Source: Candidatus Thorarchaeota archaeon (lineage in GTDB: Archaea; Asgardarchaeota; Heimdallarchaeia; Hodarchaeales; Hodarchaeaceae). Taken from it: a stretch of 32,000 bases of DNA. The notes under the pieces are model-generated. The model was not told the origin of the DNA, searched no databases, and saw only the letters and a program-made list of their open reading frames with translations. Location: NCBI GenBank assembly GCA_048882505.1, contig JBHLRO010000003.1, positions 240,001 to 272,000 of the forward strand. The letters run 5' to 3'. Positions 11,276 through 19,993 of this stretch are shown here, in pieces. A program made the translations under genes and the position numbers. Position 1 is the stretch's first letter, and each line of letters begins with the position of its first letter.

Positions 11276-11926
11276 ATGAATCTCGAAATGCGTCTATCTG
11301 GGTTACTCTTCCTGATTATCATAATTCTGAACATTTTAAGTGATTTTCTTGGTCATGGAATTGGTTCTGATATAAACTCCAAGACTAAGCTTAAAAAAAT
11401 CCATGATGATCCCAGAAAATTTGAAATAAGCTTCGGATTACTCCTTATTGAGCACCTTAGCATAATTTTCCTTGCTATCATGCTGTTTCTTGCATTTGGT
11501 CACTATAACATAGTTCTTGGGTTGATCTGGCTTAACTCCCGTGTAGCTGAAGGCTTGATCCAGATTTTCAACAGAAAAAAATACTGGGGGCTTCTCAATA
11601 TTGGAAAACAGTACTCCGACACTAGTGGTGCTGCAATACATGAACTGCTTAGTACGGCCCAAAACATTCTCAAGCTAAGACACGCTAATTTCGCTTTTGC
11701 CCAGATTTTGTTCTCCATTGGAACCCTGGCATATTCGGTCCTCTTTATCACCACTGATGTTGTTCCAGTTCTTATTGGATGGTTCGGGATTGTAGCGAGC
11801 ATTCTCTATGGTATCGGCATCGGGATCTGGTTTATCAAACCCAAATTTCAAGGTGCACTAGCCGGGGGTCTATTGGTACTTCTTTTTGAGATTATCTTAG
11901 GAGGATGGCTTTTATTTTTATCATGA
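11276..11926 (+). CDS. DUF4386-like multi-pass membrane protein
   Basis: About 6 TM segments with SRVAEG, FSIGTLAYS...VPVLIGWFG and FEIILGGWL patterns recalled for DUF4386. TTTATAAATA upstream (11239-11248). Confidence 0.7.
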   Translation: MNLEMRLSGLLFLIIIILNILSDFLGHGIGSDINSKTKLKKIHDDPRKFEISFGLLLIEHLSIIFLAIMLFLAFGHYNIVLGLIWLNSRVAEGLIQIFNRKKYWGLLNIGKQYSDTSGAAIHELLSTAQNILKLRHANFAFAQILFSIGTLAYSVLFITTDVVPVLIGWFGIVASILYGIGIGIWFIKPKFQGALAGGLLVLLFEIILGGWLLFLS

Positions 11927-11963
11927 ATAGTACCCTAGAGGATTTGTTTGTGAAATGCTATTG

Positions 11964-12263
11964 CTAGGGTTTCTCATCCTGCAGAGGCCAGCTCCAGGCA
12001 TACCAGACAATCGGTGCAAGAAGTAAAACTTCTACAAAACTATACAACATAAAAAAAGGTAAGAGATCTCCTGTAAATCCTGAAATAAGAGCAATTCCTG
12101 CATTAAGGATCCCTAAAGTGATGTTTGTCAAGCGATTCACAGGAGCTTTCAATGTCAGGGACAGGAAAATCATAGGCCTCGGAATTATCATCAAGATTGA
12201 TACTACTCTTAGACACTTTTGAACAGGTAAAGAAAATTGATGAAATAACTCGTGTAGCCTCAT
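11964..12263 (-). CDS. DUF6326-like small membrane protein, N-terminal half apparently shortened
   Basis: The C-terminal two thirds (MIFLSLTLKAPVNRLTNITLGI...FVEVLLLAPIVWYAWSWP) match the family pattern from recall. The N-terminus lacks the expected first TM helix. Confidence 0.55.
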   Translation of the reverse strand: MRLHELFHQFSLPVQKCLRVVSILMIIPRPMIFLSLTLKAPVNRLTNITLGILNAGIALISGFTGDLLPFFMLYSFVEVLLLAPIVWYAWSWPLQDEKP

Positions 12264-12343
12264 TTGAGACCCAGATGGGGGATATAAGGTTCGTTTACCT
12301 AGTCCTCACTTTATTTGAAAAGAATCTTGTTTTCTCGCCAAAA

Positions 12344-13108
12344 TTAGGCTAATTCCTCAATCATCATTGGGAGAAACATACAAGTGACAAAAAAGAATTT
12401 CTTTCCTTCTGCGATCGAATCTGGATTTCTTCCAGTCTTTTCAAACATTACTCGATCCTCTTCCTTAAACGCCTGAATTAGCTTTTCTCCTTCATCAAAG
12501 AATTTAACAAAGAAATCCATCAATCTCTTGTGACGATCTGGACTCTCAACGTTTACTCTCGATATTAGATATTTTCCTTTCAAATCCATTTTCTTGTACA
12601 ACCAATTTCCCTCCTTAATTTTAATTTCTTTACCGTGATACCGCAAAAATTTCCATCGTAAAACTGCAATAGTTTTGCTATAATTTGACAGATGTGTACC
12701 CATTTTCTCAATCTTTTGAAAAAGCTCTTCATCTGGTATTTGTTTTTCTAAAAAACTATTCGTGTCGTATTGTTTTGACTCTTGTTGAACTTGGTCTATC
12801 AATTCAGGAACATGTTCTTCGATAAGCTCATATCCCTTTGATGAGACATTATAGTATTTCCCTTTTCTTTTTTGAGTTGCTTGAGCATCTAACTGAATTA
12901 AATTTCTCTTCTCTAATCTTTTCAGGTTGTAAAGGACCGAAGCGGGCTTTTTATTGATAATTTCTGAGATTTTTTTAAGATTCGATGATTTATAAAAGGC
13001 TAAAGTCCATAATATTTCGGACACCATCTCATTTTCCATTAAAAATTCTAAATTGTCATCTATTGGTATATCCATTTGGTATTCAACCATAAGAAAAGAT
13101 TTCGTCAT
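12344..13108 (-). CDS. ArsR-like winged-helix transcriptional regulator with C-terminal extension
   Basis: EILWTL...NLKKISEIINKKPASVLYNLKRLEKRNLI...KYYNVSSKG wHTH. Confidence 0.8.
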   Translation of the reverse strand: MTKSFLMVEYQMDIPIDDNLEFLMENEMVSEILWTLAFYKSSNLKKISEIINKKPASVLYNLKRLEKRNLIQLDAQATQKRKGKYYNVSSKGYELIEEHVPELIDQVQQESKQYDTNSFLEKQIPDEELFQKIEKMGTHLSNYSKTIAVLRWKFLRYHGKEIKIKEGNWLYKKMDLKGKYLISRVNVESPDRHKRLMDFFVKFFDEGEKLIQAFKEEDRVMFEKTGRNPDSIAEGKKFFFVTCMFLPMMIEELA

Positions 13109-13266
13109 TCTTTTATAAAACGACGACTCTAAAACTATTCTCTTTTTCGGCGCAATTCAGATCACAATATTTAAAAAACTGTATAAATTAAGTGATCAAA
13201 TTAATTAAGTAGTTTAATAATTCGGTTTGAGCGGTCCAGATCACGAAGAAATGAGGTAATTAGGTA

Positions 13267-14202
13267 ATGAAAACGAATTTGAAGTTTAAATACATAAATA
13301 TGTCCAAATTATCGAGAAAATTAGCAGTTGGAGTAATCCTTGGTTTTATGATTTTCGGTTTTATCCCAGTGGTTCAAGGAGTACAAACAGAGAGAATTAG
13401 ACCATTAGACGACTGGATCTATGGCAATGATCCCGCAACTTGGGATTCCACAGATTATTGGAGTACTCATACTAATCGGCGTTGGGATGATTGGATTAAA
13501 GGCGACACAATGGCTGGGAATCCGTTCGGAGGATGGGGGGCATTAAGTGATGGAGAATCTAATCTGTTTATATCCTTTGATTGGATTGCTTTAAATGATG
13601 AGATCGAGTATGATGGCTTTGTACTCGAAAGGGCGATGCCTGATGGATCACTTCGGATTGGTGTAAACTTAAATGTAAAAAATATGTATATAGAGGTCTA
13701 TAGATTTGCCGAAGATTGGAATTGGCCTAGATTTTTCTACATAGAAGAGCTAGTTCTAGTTGGAACCATGGATTATCAATTCCAAACAGAGTTTATTCTT
13801 GATAAAGACATACCCGGGGGATATTTTCCATGGGGTCAATTCGTTGCACCAGGAGTGAGAGAACCGGGTGCAGAGCTCCCACCACTATGGATGACTTATT
13901 ATTTTGGGCGTATAATTGGGGCTCGATTTTTATCATTCCAGTTCAATGGTATAGGCTCAGGGGATCTTGTTTATCCAGGATGGTTACCACCTCTCTCGCC
14001 GACATTTACATTGTGGGAACAGCCCGAATTCTGGTGGTATCTCCCACCAGCTAATGTTCCGGAAAATCCGCCAGAACCAACTGGCGAGCAGGCAAATGTG
14101 AAAGTGAACTATCAGGAATTTACTTTTCCTCATAGTCCCAATTTTGAATGGGGAATTCTTTGGTTCACGAATAATGGTTTTGAAATGGTAAGAATCTTCT
14201 GA
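13267..14202 (+). CDS. Secreted Trp/Pro-rich protein of unknown function
   Basis: Signal peptide (KLSRKLAVGVILGFMIFGFIPVVQG), 17 Trp and no Cys in 311 aa, followed by a terminator. No recognised family. Confidence 0.8.
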   Translation: MKTNLKFKYINMSKLSRKLAVGVILGFMIFGFIPVVQGVQTERIRPLDDWIYGNDPATWDSTDYWSTHTNRRWDDWIKGDTMAGNPFGGWGALSDGESNLFISFDWIALNDEIEYDGFVLERAMPDGSLRIGVNLNVKNMYIEVYRFAEDWNWPRFFYIEELVLVGTMDYQFQTEFILDKDIPGGYFPWGQFVAPGVREPGAELPPLWMTYYFGRIIGARFLSFQFNGIGSGDLVYPGWLPPLSPTFTLWEQPEFWWYLPPANVPENPPEPTGEQANVKVNYQEFTFPHSPNFEWGILWFTNNGFEMVRIF

Positions 14203-14223
14203 GTTTGTGAAAAAAGCAAAACC

Positions 14224-14258
14224 GAGAAGCGGTAAACGCCTCTCATCCTTCTTTTTTT
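14224..14258 (+). terminator. Hairpin plus T-tract terminator
   Basis: GAGAAGCG-GTAAA-CGCCTCTC stem-loop (14224-14244) followed by TTTTTTT (14252-14258). Confidence 0.65.
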
Positions 14259-14301
14259 ATTATTCTATTATTCGCTTGATATACATCAAGGTACTCCCAA
14301 T

Positions 14302-14359
14302 TTGGCGACAGTTCAAAACCAATCGTTTGAAATCTGTACCTGGTATAGGTTTATCCTAG
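14302..14359 (-). repeat. Dispersed structured repeat, copy B (58 bp)
   Basis: Core 14323-14358 is 33/36 identical to 19952-19987. Lies 50 bp downstream of the wHTH gene stop. Confidence 0.85.
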
Positions 14360-14409
14360 AAGAGAATGGGGTGCATCATGATTTGAATGGCAAAAGACAA
14401 TGTCATGAA

Positions 14410-15066
14410 TCACTCATTTAATAGCTTATTAAAGGAAAACAGCCCACTTATTACGCCATAACTACATTCCTGCATAACTTCGATCATTGGTCTTCCAATA
14501 TATTTTTCATTGCACATCTTGACCAATTCTGTGATCTGACTCGAAATTTGATCGACAACTTCTCGATCAACAAACGAAAACACACTCAGTGGGATTTTAC
14601 CACTTTTTAGGGACTCAGCGAATGCGTTTCCATCGATTTGATCTAAATCACGAATTTGCTGTTTCAACACAGCTATCGATAAGCTAAGTTGAAGGATGTA
14701 AACCGTTTTTATCATTTCATCCGATAATTCTGTTTGATTACTCATAACCAATTCATTTGTTATCCAATCTTTTAACCTCATCCTCTTTCTGGACAAACTT
14801 TGGCTCTTATATTCAACCTCCTCCACTCCAGTATATTCAAGGATTTCGTTCTCAATCAGTTTATTGATATGAAAGTAGATTTTACTCCCTTTTATTTTCA
14901 TACGACGTTTTAACTCATTAGCTGTTATTTCTGGGTTCCGTAAGACCTCAATAAAGATATATCCACGAATGGGGTCTTTTAAATTAGCCACAATATTATT
15001 CAACGATTCCATTGTCAATTTGGATTCGGAGAGGCTTGATTTGCTCATAATTTTACATGAACACAT
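14410..15066 (-). CDS. ArsR-like winged-helix transcriptional regulator
   Basis: LKDPIRGYIFIEVLRNPEITANELKRRMKIKGSKIYFHINKLIENEIL wHTH. Alternative start ATG at 15048. Confidence 0.85.
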   Translation of the reverse strand: MCSCKIMSKSSLSESKLTMESLNNIVANLKDPIRGYIFIEVLRNPEITANELKRRMKIKGSKIYFHINKLIENEILEYTGVEEVEYKSQSLSRKRMRLKDWITNELVMSNQTELSDEMIKTVYILQLSLSIAVLKQQIRDLDQIDGNAFAESLKSGKIPLSVFSFVDREVVDQISSQITELVKMCNEKYIGRPMIEVMQECSYGVISGLFSFNKLLNE

Positions 15067-15108
15067 AAATTTAAATAGCTAACTATCAATGTTCTAATTG
15101 TCAAGATC

Positions 15109-15133
15109 TCGACGATTAATTATTCGACGATTA
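15109..15133. promoter_or_regulatory. Tandem 10-bp direct repeat, candidate operator
   Basis: TCGACGATTA at 15109-15118 and 15124-15133, in the 93-bp divergent spacer between the wHTH gene and the MerB-like gene. Confidence 0.55.
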
Positions 15134-15159
15134 TTGAATGAATTAAAGCTGAACTGGAA

Positions 15160-16050
15160 ATGTCTCAAATCCAAATAAATACTACAAAAGATAAAGTAAA
15201 AGAGTTTCTTAACCTTCACATCAAAGTGTTGGAAAATTTATTGGTCGGAAAATCATTCGAAGAATTGAAAATTCAATTTTTTTCCGAATTTGAAAAATTC
15301 AATTATATAGCGTTGACTAAAACCTTTTCGATGCTTAGCTATGATGAAGAAGGGAATCTGAGAGGCGCTTATCCAATTTCCCCAAATAAAACCAAATACA
15401 AGATCCATGTTGAAGGAATTGGGTCTGGGTATGCCATGTGCGCTATAGATGCAATCGGAGTTCCTTATCTATTTGGGAAAGCAACGATCATAGAGAGTAT
15501 AGATCAAGTAACCAATGAGCCCATTCAATTCACAATAGATCCTAGTTTCTCCGATGACCATGTAATTTCTCAATTGGCTGATGAATTTAAGGAATTAGTG
15601 ATCACAAACCCGAAAGGTAGTGAAATACAAGTAGGCCAGGCTATTGACCAAGCAGTTGATTTTTGTCCCTATATCGGATTTGTTACAGACAGAAAAACCC
15701 TAACAGAGGAACATTTGGCTAGGGTGGACAGTTTGGATTTTGAAACTGCGTTAAAATACGGGAAACATTCTTTTGGTAGAGAAAATGTCGTAAAACTGCT
15801 TGAAGATTTCTTTAATGCCATTCTTTCCTTCTATCAACACGATTCTTTGAATGGGGATCAACTGGTTGAGCAATACATCCAAAACAATGAACTTCTCCTA
15901 GATACCTATTCCCAAGAACAGATAAAAGGCATGTTGATTACTACTCTGATAAATAATGGTTTAATAGAAAAAGTGGATGGGGCTAATCCCAAGGCCCTTT
16001 ACTCTTTGACAACATTTGGTAAAAAACTCATGAAGGTTTTTGGTAACTAG
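15160..16050 (+). CDS. MerB-like (organomercurial lyase fold) protein with extra C-terminal winged-helix domain
   Basis: YDEEGNLRGAYP, YAMCAID (Cys94/Asp97, equivalent to MerB Cys96/Asp99) and DFCP (Cys169, equivalent to Cys159). Residues ~210-296 end in a wHTH-type LINNGLIE...YSLTTFGKKLM. Confidence 0.75.
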   Translation: MSQIQINTTKDKVKEFLNLHIKVLENLLVGKSFEELKIQFFSEFEKFNYIALTKTFSMLSYDEEGNLRGAYPISPNKTKYKIHVEGIGSGYAMCAIDAIGVPYLFGKATIIESIDQVTNEPIQFTIDPSFSDDHVISQLADEFKELVITNPKGSEIQVGQAIDQAVDFCPYIGFVTDRKTLTEEHLARVDSLDFETALKYGKHSFGRENVVKLLEDFFNAILSFYQHDSLNGDQLVEQYIQNNELLLDTYSQEQIKGMLITTLINNGLIEKVDGANPKALYSLTTFGKKLMKVFGN

Positions 16051-16140
16051 CATAGAGCGCCGCGATACGCTACCTAGAAAGGAAAAAACAGGGCTTGTTA
16101 CCCATTCCTTCCACTCGCCCAATACTAGCTAGTGATAACA

Positions 16141-18399
16141 CTAGTTTTCTTTTTCTGATGTTTTTTTCCTTTTTCTTGTATTTAATTGAACCAAGACAAT
16201 GATCGCTCCTCCAATGATTGTAGTACCGGCCAATATTACTATTACGAACAAATTATCATCAGTAGGAGGGATGTGGGACATGACATCAGTCTTACTCGGT
16301 ATGGGAGGAAATATGTTAATCGAATAATTTGGATTCGGTTTTTCTTCAGAAATGAGAAACAGTCTGGTTCCATTAGCGGTGATATCCGTCCCGAAGCTCA
16401 ATAAGACATCATTTGTTTGAAATCGACCAATTGAACGGTTCTCATCGAGGGAATGAACCCAATAATTCCCAGAAGGAAGATTAAATCGTGAAAGATCTAA
16501 ACCAAACGTAAAAGATCGATCGTTATTATCAAAATTCATGACGCCAGCAAGAATGGTATTATCATCAACTAAACCGTGTGAAGTCAACATATTTTCGGTT
16601 TCGGAGTTCGTAATTGAAGTAATTCCTCCTAAAAATTGGCCAAATGCTCTAACGACTTCTCTATACAGAGACCACAGGTCATACTGCTTGTCATTGTCAT
16701 AAGTCTCCCACGTTTCCCCTTGAAGAGTAGACGAGCGTTCAGCTCCAAAGTATAATATCCACCCACTCTCGGTATTTGATTCATTATGGTAAAGTAATAG
16801 AGGATTATCTGTTATCATCGATTCAGTATTATTCTCCCCTACATGATAAAATCCGTTAATTGGATAAAAATTGGGAGAATTATTATCAGCCTGAATCATG
16901 TAGGTTGAGTGGTACGGAGCATCAGAATAAAGCTCTAGATCCAAAATGTTGGGACGGGTAATGTTGATTCTTACATATCCATTAGTCTTTGTTTGATTTG
17001 AATTGAGTTCGATTTGAAAACTATTTGAAATCGGGAAAGGTTGATCATCATGGTGAATTCCCCCTAGGAGAATGAGATTTCCCCCCGATTCCACATATGC
17101 ATTTAGTTTTTGGATCGTTTCATCATAATACCACCCATCGGTTAATAACACGATGACATACTGAGAAAGATCGAGCTCGGACTTGGCAAAGCATCTTTGA
17201 TTAACTAGATCGTATTCCGAGAAGAGACCGACTTCAGCAATGTTCTGCATAGCTATACCCGTTTGATATCCAGTCCCAACCACTAGAATCTCCGGTTTTG
17301 CTGCCATTGTTGGTAATTTTGTCAGTTGACCTGCTAGATTGTCTACATATCTCCAAATTCGCTTTCCCATAATATCTTCCCGGCCCGGCCCCCAATTCCA
17401 GTCAGAGAAGCTATCATTATTTTGTGGAGACCAGTCAAACCATCCCAAGACATCCACTCCCGAAAGATATGAGAGCCAGGCTTCACGTCTGATTTGCTCA
17501 TAACTTCCATCCTTATAATACAGGCCATCCCCTGCTTCGTTTATGAAATCCCAAATTGTGGCCCAAATATCCATATGAAATTCTTTCCCTGGCATTGAGG
17601 CTTTATATCTACGAATTGTTTCGTAAAGTAACCACGGGTTATACATCGCATAGTAGCAGTCCATTGCAAAGCCATCTGCTTTAATTTCATAAGGAGCTGC
17701 TAACTCGTATCCTAGACCCCAAACTGGATGCATCATAGTGTACTGAAAGACTCGAGCATTTGGAGCTTGGGTCTTGACATAGTCATAAAGAAAACTATAA
17801 ACCCAAGTACTTTTCGCATTTAACCACTCTATATATATGTTCTCTTCTGTTCTGTTCATCATGGAGATTGGCTTCATATAGTAACCTGTTTCATCAAAAT
17901 AGGTGCCATTGTATTTGGTGATCTCTGGTGATTCTGCGGAAGATATATCTACGTAATTAATCCATGCAGGTTCTTCATCTCCCAAAGTTATCCCCCACAA
18001 GTCATTTGGGTCTATCGCTACGGCAGAGGGGGCATTGGGTAGATAGCTGACTGGAATTCCGTGAAGATCAAAATCTAATTCCTCTTTCGCATAGTCCTGG
18101 AACGTTTCATTATAATAGATATCAAGAGGATTGTTGATAATCTCATTCCACCAGTTTTGGATATGCATAATCTTAATCCCCTCTTTGGCGAGATTATGAA
18201 TAATCTCAACATCGGTTTCCGCCGCATGGCCATTAAACGTCCAAATACTCGTGTTAGTGTTTAAAACCGCATCTACCGAAATTAATCCTGCATGCCGTGA
18301 TTCAATAGCGGTACCTTCAGAAGAAGAATGGGCCAAAAGCGTTAAAATTATAACGAATAGCAAAACCGATCTCGCTTGTTCTATCTGCCGATCTTTCAA
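16141..18399 (-). CDS. Membrane-anchored extracellular glycoside hydrolase-like protein (GH42-like TIM barrel plus trimerisation/GATase-like domain)
   Basis: Signal peptide, ITLGDEEP, AWLSYLSGVDVLGWFDW, DETIQKLNAYVESGGNLIL, C-terminal TM helix plus RKRKK. TTG at 18399 after GGAGG (ORF track start 18423). Confidence 0.65.
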   Translation of the reverse strand: MKDRQIEQARSVLLFVIILTLLAHSSSEGTAIESRHAGLISVDAVLNTNTSIWTFNGHAAETDVEIIHNLAKEGIKIMHIQNWWNEIINNPLDIYYNETFQDYAKEELDFDLHGIPVSYLPNAPSAVAIDPNDLWGITLGDEEPAWINYVDISSAESPEITKYNGTYFDETGYYMKPISMMNRTEENIYIEWLNAKSTWVYSFLYDYVKTQAPNARVFQYTMMHPVWGLGYELAAPYEIKADGFAMDCYYAMYNPWLLYETIRRYKASMPGKEFHMDIWATIWDFINEAGDGLYYKDGSYEQIRREAWLSYLSGVDVLGWFDWSPQNNDSFSDWNWGPGREDIMGKRIWRYVDNLAGQLTKLPTMAAKPEILVVGTGYQTGIAMQNIAEVGLFSEYDLVNQRCFAKSELDLSQYVIVLLTDGWYYDETIQKLNAYVESGGNLILLGGIHHDDQPFPISNSFQIELNSNQTKTNGYVRINITRPNILDLELYSDAPYHSTYMIQADNNSPNFYPINGFYHVGENNTESMITDNPLLLYHNESNTESGWILYFGAERSSTLQGETWETYDNDKQYDLWSLYREVVRAFGQFLGGITSITNSETENMLTSHGLVDDNTILAGVMNFDNNDRSFTFGLDLSRFNLPSGNYWVHSLDENRSIGRFQTNDVLLSFGTDITANGTRLFLISEEKPNPNYSINIFPPIPSKTDVMSHIPPTDDNLFVIVILAGTTIIGGAIIVLVQLNTRKRKKTSEKEN

Positions 18400-18880
18400 G
18401 GATGAGCCTCCCGAATAGTACAAATTGTGATCTATTTAGGTCTGATTTCTACTCCAATTTTCAGACCCCGATAGCAATATCTGAATTATAAAGGTTTGTG
18501 ATCGGCTGAGAGTCCTCGCCTCCCATTACTTTGACTGATGCTACCATAGTTAGAAGAATGTGCATTAATATCGATAATAGTGAGAATTATACAATTTCCT
18601 AATTACTCGGTTAGGCCTTAATATCCTCCTGCACTCATTATTTCCGAAAAATTTTTTCCTAATAAATACCAAACAATCATATAATCATCATATAGTACTC
18701 ACTACATATGCATAAAGTAACACCGATTGATTAAACACCTTTTCCTATTAGGTTTTCCTTCTTCGCTTCTTTAATCGAATTTCATTCCTCCTATTACGAA
18801 ACAAATTCTTCTATCAGCCTTGAATTTAATTCTTTTACCCCAGAAGAAATGTTAATATAGGTGGAGGTGAATAAAGAGCA

Positions 18881-19690
18881 TTGTTGAGAATAACGTCAGC
18901 GTTACAAAATGTTTCAACAAATACCGTCGTTTACACCAACTGTTACCCAAGATCTTGTAATGTAGGGGGCGTTGCTCTTGATGAATTCTCTATCGCTATC
19001 GATAGCACCCGATCTCCTACCGATGCCAGAGAATTCCGACGAGATTTAGAGAAATACTTCCAACTCCCTATAGAATATTTGTTTTTAACCCACAGACATA
19101 CTGATCATCGAAATGGAATTCCTGCTTTCCAAGACTTGACCATTGTAAGTAGAGCGAAAACGTCAGAACTTATGCCCAAAACAGTCAAATGGGATAAACT
19201 CAATACGCTCACCTTTAAGGATGAGCTAGTTATAAACGGTATAGACAACGAAGTTAAGGTGGAACTTTACCGCTTAGGGGGACATACTGCAGGTTCTAGT
19301 ATTCTTTATTTCCCTAATGAAAAAGTTGTATTTGCTGGTGATCTTGTTATAGAATTTGTGCCTGTTGTCGCCGGAATGGAAAAAACATTCAATCCCGATG
19401 AATGGATCAAAGCTTTGGAATTTATTAAATCATTGGACGTCGAAAAGATCGTTCCAGGACATTCATGGTTCAATAAAGCCCACTACGCCAAATCCGATTT
19501 AGATCAACATACTGAAGTACTTATTGCCTTCCGAAGCCAAGTGGTGGGTGCTATTAAAAACAAAATTGATTTAATTGATCTGGACGTACCTCAATCCGAA
19601 TTTCTTGATTTTTTAGAGGCCCAAATACCTACATTACCTATCAAACATCAGAAGAGAGTCATTAAGCAAATAGAAAGCACGAAACAGTAA
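18881..19690 (+). CDS. MBL-fold metallo-hydrolase
   Basis: THRHTDH (HxHxDH), GGHTAG, FAGDL and VPGH. GGAGGTGA SD before the TTG start. Confidence 0.92.
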   Translation: MLRITSALQNVSTNTVVYTNCYPRSCNVGGVALDEFSIAIDSTRSPTDAREFRRDLEKYFQLPIEYLFLTHRHTDHRNGIPAFQDLTIVSRAKTSELMPKTVKWDKLNTLTFKDELVINGIDNEVKVELYRLGGHTAGSSILYFPNEKVVFAGDLVIEFVPVVAGMEKTFNPDEWIKALEFIKSLDVEKIVPGHSWFNKAHYAKSDLDQHTEVLIAFRSQVVGAIKNKIDLIDLDVPQSEFLDFLEAQIPTLPIKHQKRVIKQIESTKQ

Positions 19691-19929
19691 TTGCTGAAAA
19701 GATTCTATGATTACTATTCTCGACACTGAGATAGTTATACCGTTGGCGAAGTAATGCTAATTTCCTAACTTCTTCCAAGAGTAAGGAATAGCCCCCTGTT
19801 ACATAAAGTTATTCCAGAGTTTCTTGATTCATTTTGAGAAAGCGTTTAACGATAGATCAAGTAACTATCACCAGATTATAGTCTAAAATGAATTCTTTAC
19901 GTTATAAAGTCCTGCAAAATGATATGATT

Positions 19930-19988
19930 TTGGGGAAAGTCTAAAACAGATTCGTTTGAAATCTGTTCCTGTTATAGGTTTACCCTAT
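19930..19988 (-). repeat. Dispersed structured repeat, copy C (59 bp)
   Basis: Starts 5-6 bp after the SnoaL stop. Contains perfect stems AACAGATT/AATCTGTT and ATAGG/CCTAT. Core 33/36 identical to copy B. Confidence 0.85.
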
Positions 19989-19993
19989 CTTAT

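Noticed and set aside
18424-18880. Protein-like fragments on the minus strand of this 457-bp spacer, and a GGTCTGA/TCAGACC inverted repeat
   Set aside because: Interrupted by many stops and not matched to any family; the inverted repeat is only 7 bp.
10562-19988. Calling the dispersed repeats a CRISPR array or canonical integron attC sites
   Set aside because: Copies are kilobases apart with no spacer periodicity. The ends do not match RYYYAAC/GTTRRRY, and no cas or intI gene is in the window.
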